A stretch of 64,000 nucleotides of DNA, from NCBI GenBank assembly GCA_964600905.1, contig CAZRLJ010000004.1, positions 328 to 64,327 of the forward strand, in the 5' to 3' direction. Both the position numbers and the translations under genes were made by a program. Position 1 is the first letter of the stretch. Each line of letters starts with the position of its first letter. This document shows, in pieces, positions 10,005 through 18,454 of this stretch. Below the pieces are notes generated by a model. The model saw only the letters and a program-made list of their open reading frames with translations. It was not told the origin of the DNA and ran no database searches. The DNA is from an uncultured Acutalibacter sp. (GTDB lineage Bacteria > Bacillota > Clostridia > Oscillospirales > Acutalibacteraceae).

Positions 10005-11417
10005 ATGGACGCTTACAAAACACTGCTGGAACGGCTGAAGGCCCTGGCCGCCTCCGACATGCTGCCCATGCACATGCCGGGACACAAGCGCAGCCTCCTT
10101 GCGCCATATCTGGAGGAGCTGGGGGCAGCGCTGGACGTCACCGAAATTCACGGCTTTGACGATCTCCACCAGCCGGAGGGAATCCTGCGGGAGGCCCAAG
10201 GCCGGGCGGCGGAACTTTGGGGCGCAGAGGAAAGCTATTTTCTGGTAAACGGCTCCAGCGCCGGGATCCTGGCGGGGCTCTACGCCTGCACCCGGCCGGG
10301 AGACGAGCTTCTTTTGACCCGGGGCGCCCACAAATCCGTCTTTCACGCCATAGAGCTGGGAGGGCTTCTCCCCCGCTTCCTGCTGCCCCCCTCCCTGCCC
10401 GGCGGCCTGTTCGGCTCCGTCTCTCCGGCGGAGGTGGAAGCAGCTTTGGAAAAGTACCCGAAGGTGAAGCTGGTTTTGCTCACCAGCCCCACCTATGAGG
10501 GTGTGCTCTCTGATGTGGGCAGCACTGCCCGGCTCTGCCATGAGCGGGGGGTGCTTCTCATGGTGGACGAGGCCCACGGCGCCCATCTGGGCCTGGGAGG
10601 CGGCTTTCCGGAGGGCGCTGTGAAGGCTGGGGCCGATCTGGTAGTACAGAGCCTTCACAAAACCCTGCCCTCTTTGACCCAAACCGCCATTTTGCATCGA
10701 AACGGCGGTCTGGTACAGCCGGAACGGCTCCGGCACGGGCTGGCGGTCTTTCAAACCAGCAGCCCCTCCTATCTTCTCATGGCCTCCATCGACAGCTGCG
10801 TCTCCCTACTGCGGGAGGAGCCCTCCCTGCTTTCCCGCTGGCGGAAGGCCTTGACGGGCTTTGACCAGGAAACCTCCAATCTGGAACAGATAGAAATTCC
10901 CTTCCGGCACGGCCTGCCTCCCCAGGTCTTCGCCTACGACCCGGGAAAACTGATTTTGACACCGAAAGTCGGTTCCGGATATGCAATAAAGAACGACCTG
11001 CGGGAGAAATTTCACATTGAGCTGGAAATGGCCGCCCCCGGTTACGCCCTGGCCATGACCGGCGCAGGAGACACCCCGGAAAGCCTGGGGCGGCTGGCGA
11101 AGGCCCTTCGGGAGCTGGACGGCCGGCTGCCGGAGGGGGAGGTCCCTCCGCCCCTGCCCTACGGGCGCCTGCCGGAACAGGTGCTCTCTCCCGGGCAGGC
11201 GGCAAAGGAGGACTGCCGGTTTGTTGCCCCCGGACAGGCGGCGGAACAAGTGGCGGCTGAATATGTGTGGGCCTACCCGCCGGGGGTCCCCCTGGTCATT
11301 CCCGGGGAGAGGATCACGGCCGAATTGGCGGAGATTACGTCGCAAAGGAGCGAACTGCTCCGCAGCACCTGGAACCGTCTGCCGGACCAGGTGGCCGTCG
11401 TCGATTTCCACTCTTGA
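10005..11417 (+). CDS. Orn/Lys/Arg decarboxylase family PLP enzyme (YaaO-like)
   Basis: HMPGHK, LVNGSS, VDEAHGAH, QSLHKTL, TSSPSY, YPPGVP. Confidence 0.9.
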   Translation: MDAYKTLLERLKALAASDMLPMHMPGHKRSLLAPYLEELGAALDVTEIHGFDDLHQPEGILREAQGRAAELWGAEESYFLVNGSSAGILAGLYACTRPGDELLLTRGAHKSVFHAIELGGLLPRFLLPPSLPGGLFGSVSPAEVEAALEKYPKVKLVLLTSPTYEGVLSDVGSTARLCHERGVLLMVDEAHGAHLGLGGGFPEGAVKAGADLVVQSLHKTLPSLTQTAILHRNGGLVQPERLRHGLAVFQTSSPSYLLMASIDSCVSLLREEPSLLSRWRKALTGFDQETSNLEQIEIPFRHGLPPQVFAYDPGKLILTPKVGSGYAIKNDLREKFHIELEMAAPGYALAMTGAGDTPESLGRLAKALRELDGRLPEGEVPPPLPYGRLPEQVLSPGQAAKEDCRFVAPGQAAEQVAAEYVWAYPPGVPLVIPGERITAELAEITSQRSELLRSTWNRLPDQVAVVDFHS

Positions 11418-11442
11418 CAGAAGGGGGAAAGACGGGTATACT
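11414..11442 (+). promoter_or_regulatory. sigmaA-type promoter of scfA
   Basis: TTGACA-17nt-TATACT overlapping the upstream stop codon. Confidence 0.7.
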
Positions 11443-11479
11443 TAGGTGTAGAAATCTTAAGGAAGAAGGTGCTTATACC

Positions 11480-11632
11480 ATGAATAGAATCCGTACCATC
11501 AACACCCGCGACCTGAACAAGTCCCTGAAGGAAGGCGGCTGCGGCGAGTGCCAGACCTCCTGCCAGTCTGCCTGCAAGACCTCCTGCGGCGTGGCCAACC
11601 AGGCCTGCGAGAAGAAGAACGAGCAGAAGTAA
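11480..11632 (+). CDS. scfA: SCIFF six-cysteine ranthipeptide precursor
   Basis: MNRIRTINTRDL...GGCGECQTSCQSACKTSCGVANQACE. Confidence 0.95.
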   Translation: MNRIRTINTRDLNKSLKEGGCGECQTSCQSACKTSCGVANQACEKKNEQK

Positions 11633-11638
11633 TTTTTG

Positions 11639-11801
11639 GGGAAGCTCTGAGTAAATCATCCAGGCGAGCTCGGCGGAATCTATTCCGCCTGTCTTTGCCC
11701 CAAAATTTTGAAATACACAAAGTATTCCTGCAATTTTGGGCCTTTGACAGTCGAAATATCTTTTCGCCGATCTGACCTGTCCGATTTACTCAGAGCTTCC
11801 C
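11639..11801. mobile_element. MITE-like element, copy 1 (163 bp)
   Basis: Perfect 19-bp terminal inverted repeats GGGAAGCTCTGAGTAAATC; homolog at 62143..62352. Confidence 0.75.
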
Positions 11802-11859
11802 TAAAGCAAACAACCAAACAAACGGGAGCCCACATGGGCTCCTGTTTTGCTGAAAGGGA

Positions 11860-13242
11860 ATGAATATGATTCATCAGTACAAGCTAAACGGCTACAATAT
11901 CGTGCTGGACGTTTTTTCCGGCTCCATCCACGTGGTGGACGACCTGGCCTACGATGCGATCGGCATGTTTGAGACCGCTGGGCCGGAGGAGATCACCGCC
12001 GCCCTGCTGAAAAAGTATGCCGATGATCCCGATGTGGATGAGGCCGCCATCCGGGAATGCCTTGCCGATGTGGAGGAATTAAAGGCCGCCGGAAAGCTCT
12101 TTTCCCAGGACGCCTATGCCGACATTGCCAAAAACTACCGCCGGAACAGCTTTGCGGTGAAGGCCCTGTGCCTCCATGTGGCCCACGTGTGCAACTTAAA
12201 CTGCTCCTACTGCTTTGCCAGCCAGGGAAAATATCACGGGGAGCGGGCCCTCATGAGCCTGGAGACCGGCAAGCGGGCTATCGACTTTCTCATTGAAAGC
12301 TCCGGGAGCCACCGGAACCTGGACGTGGACTTTTTCGGCGGGGAGCCCCTGATGAACTGGGAGGTGGTCAAGGCCCTGGTGGCCTATGGCCGGGAGCAGG
12401 AAAAGCTCCACAACAAGAATATCCGCTTCACCCTTACCACCAACGGCGTGCTGCTGAATCAAGAGGTCACGGAATTCTGCAACCGGGAAATGCACAATGT
12501 GGTGCTGTCCCTGGACGGCCGGCCAGAGGTCCACGACCGCTTTCGGAAGGACTACCATGGCAGCGGCAGCTATGATAAAATCATCGGGAATTTTAAGGAC
12601 TTCGTGAAGGCCCGGGGGGACAAAAGCTATTACATGCGGGGCACCTACACCCACTATAACACGGACTTTCTGAACGACATCCTGCACATGGCCGACCTGG
12701 GCTTTCGGGAGCTGAGCATGGAGCCGGTGGTCTGTGAGCCGGGCGACCCCTGCGCCCTGACAGAGGCGGATCTTCCCGTGCTCTACGACCAGTACGAGAA
12801 GCTGGCCCTGGAAATGCTGAAGCGATCCCGGGAGGGCCGGGGCTTTACCTTCTATCACTACATGCTGGACCTGGAGGGCGGCCCCTGCGTGTACAAGCGG
12901 GTGGCCGGATGCGGCTCCGGCACGGAATACATGGCCGTGACCCCCTGGGGTGAGCTCTATCCCTGCCATCAGTTTGTGGGCGACGAGAAATACTCCATGG
13001 GAAACATCTGGGACGGCGTCACCAACACAGCGCTCCGGGAGAAATTTGCCTCTGCCAACGCCTATACCCGCCCCGGCTGTGAGGACTGCTGGGCAAAGCT
13101 CTACTGCGCCGGAGGCTGCGCCGCCAACGCTTACCATGCTACCGGAGATATTTCCGGCGTGTACGAATACGGCTGCAAGCTGTTCAAAAAGCGCATCGAA
13201 TGCGCCATCATGCTGAAAATCGCGGAGATGGACGCAGAATAG
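11860..13242 (+). CDS. scfB: SCIFF radical SAM/SPASM maturase
   Basis: CNLNCSYC, DFFGGEP, GCGSGTEY, YPCHQFVG, C..CWAKLYCAGGC; next to scfA. Confidence 0.95.
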   Translation: MNMIHQYKLNGYNIVLDVFSGSIHVVDDLAYDAIGMFETAGPEEITAALLKKYADDPDVDEAAIRECLADVEELKAAGKLFSQDAYADIAKNYRRNSFAVKALCLHVAHVCNLNCSYCFASQGKYHGERALMSLETGKRAIDFLIESSGSHRNLDVDFFGGEPLMNWEVVKALVAYGREQEKLHNKNIRFTLTTNGVLLNQEVTEFCNREMHNVVLSLDGRPEVHDRFRKDYHGSGSYDKIIGNFKDFVKARGDKSYYMRGTYTHYNTDFLNDILHMADLGFRELSMEPVVCEPGDPCALTEADLPVLYDQYEKLALEMLKRSREGRGFTFYHYMLDLEGGPCVYKRVAGCGSGTEYMAVTPWGELYPCHQFVGDEKYSMGNIWDGVTNTALREKFASANAYTRPGCEDCWAKLYCAGGCAANAYHATGDISGVYEYGCKLFKKRIECAIMLKIAEMDAE

Positions 13243-13255
13243 GGAGGCTTTGAGG

Positions 13256-13451
13256 GGCTCCCTCTGATGAGGGAGCCATTGTGGTCGTCTCGCCCTTGAG
13301 GCTCCCCTTGTCAGGGGAGCTGTCAGCGCAGCTGACTGAGGGGTAGTAGACTAAGTGCAAAAGCTAAGTGCAACGCTGAAATGATGGTTCTCTATCTTCT
13401 CTCCCTCCGTCACGGCTTACGCCGTGCCACCTCCCTCATCAGAGGGAGGCT
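13256..13451. repeat. REP-like palindrome cluster
   Basis: GGCTCCCTCTGATGAGGGAGCC, GCTCCCCTTGTCAGGGGAGC-TGTCAGCGCAGCTGAC, and a 55-bp block repeated at 18342..18396. Confidence 0.75.
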
Positions 13452-13549
13452 AAGATCAAGGGCAGCCTTCCCTAAAAGTTTATCGACAAACTAACAGCCG
13501 CCTTTTCAGGCGGCTGTTTTGATATGTGCCTTTTGGGGTTCCAAGCAAG

Positions 13550-14371
13550 TTAGAACTCGATCTCCATGCCGTCGTAGCTGACGAGGAAGCCGTGACGCTC
13601 CGCAGCGGCGGCAAGCTGCTCCGGCTCCATTCTCCCGTTGTGGGAAAAATGGTTGATGATGAGCTTTGTATGTTCGTCCACCAGACCCAGGCCGCGCATC
13701 CGCTCCGCCACCTCCCCATTGGTGGTGACGCACATGTGGCCGTGCTCCCAGCGCCGGAGATCATCCCCGCCGGTACAGTCCAGAGAGACCAGGTCATAGC
13801 GGCCTTCCTTTGCCAGCAGCTCCCAGGACTGCTCCGGGAAAATCCCGGTGTCGTGGGCGTAGAGCAGCCGCTTCCCGGCCTTCTCGATGGAATAAAAAAC
13901 CGGGGTGGAGGTGGGATCGTGATCGGCCCACAGGGGCAGCACGGTGTAGTCCCCCACGGTGAATTTTACCCCGGGCTCCACCAGATGGGCCTGGGCCCTG
14001 CCCTCCATCTTTCCGGCGGCAAACCGGGCGGACATGTTCTCATAGGCGGCTTTCGCGCCGTAGTAGTGCATACAGGTCCCCACACGGCTGTAGCCGGGGG
14101 CGCTCATGTCCATATCCTCAGGATAGAAATGGTCACTGTGGGAATGGGTGATCAGGCAGTGGGTAATGCGGTTCCAGTCCAGCCCATATCGCATCCCGTG
14201 CCAGACGGTATCGGGGCCGAAATCCAGCAGAAGCTCATCGTCCACCAGTGCCTGGCAGCGGGAGCGCAGGCTGTGCCCGCCGGCTTCTCTTGCGTGCTTG
14301 CAGACGTCGCAGGTGCAGAACAGGGCCGGGACGCCCTCATAGGCCGCCGTGCCCAGAAATTTGATTTTCAT
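13550..14371 (-). CDS. MBL-fold metallohydrolase (PhnP-like)
   Basis: FLGT, PALFCTCDVC, THSHSDH, DTG, NHFSH. Confidence 0.85.
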   Translation of the reverse strand: MKIKFLGTAAYEGVPALFCTCDVCKHAREAGGHSLRSRCQALVDDELLLDFGPDTVWHGMRYGLDWNRITHCLITHSHSDHFYPEDMDMSAPGYSRVGTCMHYYGAKAAYENMSARFAAGKMEGRAQAHLVEPGVKFTVGDYTVLPLWADHDPTSTPVFYSIEKAGKRLLYAHDTGIFPEQSWELLAKEGRYDLVSLDCTGGDDLRRWEHGHMCVTTNGEVAERMRGLGLVDEHTKLIINHFSHNGRMEPEQLAAAAERHGFLVSYDGMEIEF

Positions 14372-14520
14372 GGCAAATACCTCCCTTTTCCTGCATTGTA
14401 CCCGGAGCGGCGGTATTTGTCAACTTGTTTCCCACATGACATTTTGCGTGAAATAATTTTCCAAAAATCGGATATACTATAAGCCAGATACTGTCAATTC
14501 ATTATGCGGAGGCGACTGCC

Positions 14521-15495
14521 ATGTGTACTGCTCTGACCTACCAGACCAAGGATTTTTACTTTGGAAGGAACCTGGATCTGGAATACTCCTATCATGAGAC
14601 AATTACGGTAACACCCCGGAAATTCCCCCTGCATTTCCGCCACGCCCGGGACGTCTCCAACCATTATGCCATGATCGGCACAGCCTATGTGGTGGACGGC
14701 TACCCCCTCTACTATGACGCCACCAACGAAAAGGGGCTGAGCATGGCTGGGCTGTACTCTCCCCGGAGCGCAATGTATTACTCCATGGAGGAAGGGCTGG
14801 ATAACGTGGCGTCCTTTGAGCTGATCCCCTGGATCCTGGGCCAATGCGCCAACCTGTCCCAGGCCCGAGCGCTGATGGAGCGGCTGAACATTGTGGATAC
14901 CAGCTTTAACAAGGACCTGCCCGCCACTCCGCTGCACTGGCTCATTGCCAGCCGGGAAGGCGCTCTGACCCTGGAGCCGGTCCGGGAGGGACTGCGGATT
15001 TACGATAACCCGGTGGGGCTTTTGACCAACGAGCCGCCCTTCAGCTACCAGATGACCAACCTGGCAAACTATATGAATCTCTCCGCCTCCCAGCCGGTAA
15101 ACCGCATGTGCGACAAGATCAAGCTCTATCCCTACAGCCGCGGTATGGGAGCGATCGGCCTGCCCGGGGACCTGTCCTCCACCTCCCGGTTTGTCCGGGC
15201 GGCCTTTACCAAGCTCAATTCCAGCTCCGGCCCCAGCGAGGGGGAAAGCGTCAGCCAGTTTTTCCACATCCTGAACAGCGTAGCCATGACCCGCGGCTGC
15301 CTGGATATGGGAAAGGGCCAGTGGGAGATCACGGTATATTCCTCCTGCTGCAACGCGGACAAGGGAATTTACTACTACACCACCTACGAAAACAGCCAGA
15401 TCACCGCCGTGGACATGAATCGGGAAAACCTGGACGCTTCCGTTCCGGTCTCTTACCCCATGCTGAACAAAACCTGTATCCGCAGGCAGAATTGA
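14521..15495 (+). CDS. bsh: Choloylglycine hydrolase (bile salt hydrolase family, Ntn fold)
   Basis: Catalytic Cys2 (MCTA), FGRNLD, DATNEKGL, LTNEP, GLPGDLSSTSRF. Confidence 0.88.
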   Translation: MCTALTYQTKDFYFGRNLDLEYSYHETITVTPRKFPLHFRHARDVSNHYAMIGTAYVVDGYPLYYDATNEKGLSMAGLYSPRSAMYYSMEEGLDNVASFELIPWILGQCANLSQARALMERLNIVDTSFNKDLPATPLHWLIASREGALTLEPVREGLRIYDNPVGLLTNEPPFSYQMTNLANYMNLSASQPVNRMCDKIKLYPYSRGMGAIGLPGDLSSTSRFVRAAFTKLNSSSGPSEGESVSQFFHILNSVAMTRGCLDMGKGQWEITVYSSCCNADKGIYYYTTYENSQITAVDMNRENLDASVPVSYPMLNKTCIRRQN

Positions 15496-15611
15496 AGACA
15501 TTAAAAGGGCCCTCACCCGTTTGGGTGAGGGCCTCAGCCTGTCGAAAAATGAGGGATGTGGAGGACGTCAGAGGGAGGCAAAGAATTGGCTGTACAATTT
15601 TATCTGAACAC

Positions 15612-15640
15612 TTGACACATCCAAATAATTCTGCTATTTT
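15612..15640 (+). promoter_or_regulatory. Putative sigmaA-type promoter of protease cassette 2
   Basis: TTGACA-17nt-TATTTT with extended TG. Confidence 0.5.
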
Positions 15641-15679
15641 TATCATAGCAAAAATCACAATAAATAAGGAGTGTTGGTT

Positions 15680-16738
15680 ATGAAATTGTTCAGATTTACG
15701 AGTGCGCTTCTTGTTATTTCGTTGCTACTAACCCTTCCTGGTTCGGCTTTCGCACTGGAAACCGATAGTGACGAAGTTGAAAAACAGCGTATTCTTGCAG
15801 AAGCCGACTACCTTCTCTCGATTGAAAAAAATGGCGAATTGCCCAAAGACCTTTCTCTTGAAAAAACCTACAACGAATTAATGGCGGTAGACCCGGAACT
15901 CGCTGAAAAAGTATTTTCTCACCTTGAATCGTTGGCGTATCCTGCTGAAGCGGTCGGAAGTTATGATGAGCAGCTGCCCCTTGACCCATCAACAAATGAT
16001 CAGCTTTCTACCTCACCACAGAAAAGTCATTCTTTTATCGCTAACCCTCAAAATGGCAGACTGACAAGCTCCATCTGTAAGGTTTTCGCAACCCGTGAGG
16101 GGTATCTTTTGTGCGGTTCAGGTTTTTTTGTCAGTGACACAGTGGTTGCAACCGCCGCACATTGCATTAAGCGTTCCAATTGGGATGACGACGACCCACT
16201 TAGCGGCGTAAGTGGATGGGCTAATGAAGTGTACGTTATGCAAGCATATAACCCCGATCATCCTCCATTTGGACGCGTGTTCGCAGATGTATATAATATG
16301 CGTGTCGGCGCTTCCTGGATGAAACCAGACATCAGTGATGATGATGATTGGGGAGTGGTTGTTCTCAATAAGCCCATTCAGGGAAATTATTCCTACCTTC
16401 CGAAAAAGCAAATAGACGCTAGCTCTTATACCGGGCAATCCGTCTCTGTTTACGGGTATCCCGATGCAGTAAACGGTGTAAACCAGCCAATGTATTCACT
16501 GCGGGTTACGACTGTGGCGGCGCCTGATGGGACCGGAACATATCGGACAGTATATGCTACCGGTTCGACAAGTGACAATTCCTTGTCTGTTGTTGGTATG
16601 AGCGGAAGCCCTGTAGTGGATAATAACGGATACGTAGTAGGCATATTCGTATCCACATGGGATATTCATGGACAGAAATACTTTTGTGCCGTTGGATTCG
16701 ATTACGATTTATACAGAGCGTTAAAGAAGTATGAATGA
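15680..16738 (+). CDS. Secreted trypsin-fold serine protease 2
   Basis: Signal peptide (SAFA), propeptide, TAAHC / DDWGVVVL / GMSGSPV, YGYP; AT-richer. Confidence 0.85.
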   Translation: MKLFRFTSALLVISLLLTLPGSAFALETDSDEVEKQRILAEADYLLSIEKNGELPKDLSLEKTYNELMAVDPELAEKVFSHLESLAYPAEAVGSYDEQLPLDPSTNDQLSTSPQKSHSFIANPQNGRLTSSICKVFATREGYLLCGSGFFVSDTVVATAAHCIKRSNWDDDDPLSGVSGWANEVYVMQAYNPDHPPFGRVFADVYNMRVGASWMKPDISDDDDWGVVVLNKPIQGNYSYLPKKQIDASSYTGQSVSVYGYPDAVNGVNQPMYSLRVTTVAAPDGTGTYRTVYATGSTSDNSLSVVGMSGSPVVDNNGYVVGIFVSTWDIHGQKYFCAVGFDYDLYRALKKYE

Positions 16739-16776
16739 GTTAATATCGATAGGTAATTTCTATAAAGAGGTTTTTT

Positions 16777-17367
16777 ATGAGACTGCAAAAACTGACTGCC
16801 GTTTTTGTTTCGCTGATCTTTCTTTCCTTCGCCCTGTACGCCTGCGCCGATTCGTCCGCGGTTTCGACTGCCGAACAAGATTCGGAGGTTCTGGTCTGGC
16901 AGCTTCCACGGAAAGATACCTTTTTTGCGGATGGAGACTTCCTTTCCGGATATCACCCTTATCTCAAGCGTTCTCATGAAGAAGACCAGTCGGAACCCCA
17001 TGTGATTTTAGGAAAAAAGCGTTATACGGAAAAGGATATTGTTTACAACGATCAATTCTGGGCCGTTTTCAGCGATGGAGCCAGAATTGACAAGCACTGC
17101 GGAAAAGCATACTCGATGCAAGTCCCCGTAACGGTAGACGAAAGCCGGGTGGTGGAATACAGTGACGAGGTGATGAAGCTTTCCAACGGGATCATCATTG
17201 AAAGGCCCTTTGAAGCATACACCGTTGTCTACGCCCATAATTTTCAGGAGATTCTGGATCGGGAGGAGTTCAGCTATCTGCTGGATTATCCCGAAGACCT
17301 TCTGGAAATATATCGAGAAAAGGGATACCCTTATACGCCGGAGACCTCCCATACGCCGGAGACCTGA
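16777..17367 (+). CDS. Putative lipoprotein, cassette 2 partner A
   Basis: Lipobox-like LYAC; near-identical to 17585..18187 after the signal region. Confidence 0.75.
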   Translation: MRLQKLTAVFVSLIFLSFALYACADSSAVSTAEQDSEVLVWQLPRKDTFFADGDFLSGYHPYLKRSHEEDQSEPHVILGKKRYTEKDIVYNDQFWAVFSDGARIDKHCGKAYSMQVPVTVDESRVVEYSDEVMKLSNGIIIERPFEAYTVVYAHNFQEILDREEFSYLLDYPEDLLEIYREKGYPYTPETSHTPET

Positions 17368-17584
17368 GAAAATCGCATAGAGGACATCTCGAAGGGGCCG
17401 CAGACCATGCGGCCCTCAGTCTGTCGAAAAATTGGATTCTCACCCGGTTTGGGTGAGGGCTAGGTCAAGGGCAATGGCCCGCCCAACAATTTCACTTGAA
17501 ATTTTCTGAAAAATCTGTAAGATTTTCTTTCTTTTCCTGTCTTATAGGATGGAAGGAATTTTTCAGGAAGGAGTTTGTTGACCG

Positions 17585-18187
17585 ATGAAAAACATTTTTG
17601 CCGCTTTTCGGAAAATCTGCGTCCTGGCTCTGGCCGCTTCTTTTCTGCTCTTCGGATGGGGCTGCACGAAGGAAGATACTTCTTCCTCTGACCAAGAAAA
17701 CGGGGAGGTTCTGGTCTGGCAGCTCCCACGGAAGGACACCTTTTTTGACTTTGGAGAATTCCTTTCCGAAAATCACCCCTATCTGACGCCTTCTCACGAG
17801 GACGACCGGTCGGAACCCCATGTGATTTTAGGAAAAAAGCGTTATACGGAAAAGGATCTTGTTTACAACGATGAAGACTGGGCCGTTTTCAGCGATGGAG
17901 CCAGAATTGACAAGCACTGCGGAAGAGCATACGGGACTGATGTTCCCGTAACGGTGGACGAGAGCCGGGTGGTGGAATACAGTGACGAAGTGATGAAGCT
18001 TTCCAACGGGATCATCATTGAAAGGCCCTTTAAAGCGTACACCGTTGTCTACGCCCACAATTTTCAGGAGATTCTGGATCGGGAGGAGTTCAGCTATCTG
18101 CTGGATTACCCCGAAGACCTTCTGGAAATATATCGAGAAAAGGGATACCCTTATACGCCGGAGACCTCCCATACGCCGGAGACCTGA
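17585..18187 (+). CDS. Putative lipoprotein, cassette 2 partner B
   Basis: Lipobox-like GWGC; recent duplicate of 16777..17367. Confidence 0.75.
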   Translation: MKNIFAAFRKICVLALAASFLLFGWGCTKEDTSSSDQENGEVLVWQLPRKDTFFDFGEFLSENHPYLTPSHEDDRSEPHVILGKKRYTEKDLVYNDEDWAVFSDGARIDKHCGRAYGTDVPVTVDESRVVEYSDEVMKLSNGIIIERPFKAYTVVYAHNFQEILDREEFSYLLDYPEDLLEIYREKGYPYTPETSHTPET

Positions 18188-18267
18188 GAAAATCACGTAG
18201 AGGACATAAGGGGCCGCAGACGCTGCGGCCCTGAGTGTGTCGAAAAAAATTCTTGTAGCCATCCTTA

Positions 18268-18396
18268 GCTCCCTCTGACGTGAGGGCGGGAGAGAGCCCT
18301 TAACAAAGCTGCATACACCGCCAAAAGTATAGGCCATCGCTTTCTCTCCCTCCGTCACGGCTTACGCCGTGCCACCTCCCTCGTCAGAGGGAGGCT
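18268..18396. repeat. REP-like palindrome pair
   Basis: 18342..18396 matches 13397..13451 at 54/55; degenerate partner at ~18268. Confidence 0.7.
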
Positions 18397-18398
18397 TT

Positions 18399-18454
18399 CC
18401 AGCATCCAGCATCTACTATCTAGCATCCAGCATCCAGTATCCAGCATCTAAAAT
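18399..18454. repeat. Heptamer tandem repeat (CCAGCAT-like x8)
   Basis: ccagcat ccagcat ctactat ctagcat ccagcat ccagtat ccagcat ctaaaat. Confidence 0.8.

Noticed and set aside
11480..13242. SCIFF locus as a new RiPP system
   Set aside because: Well-described, near-universal clostridial scfAB pair with canonical motifs
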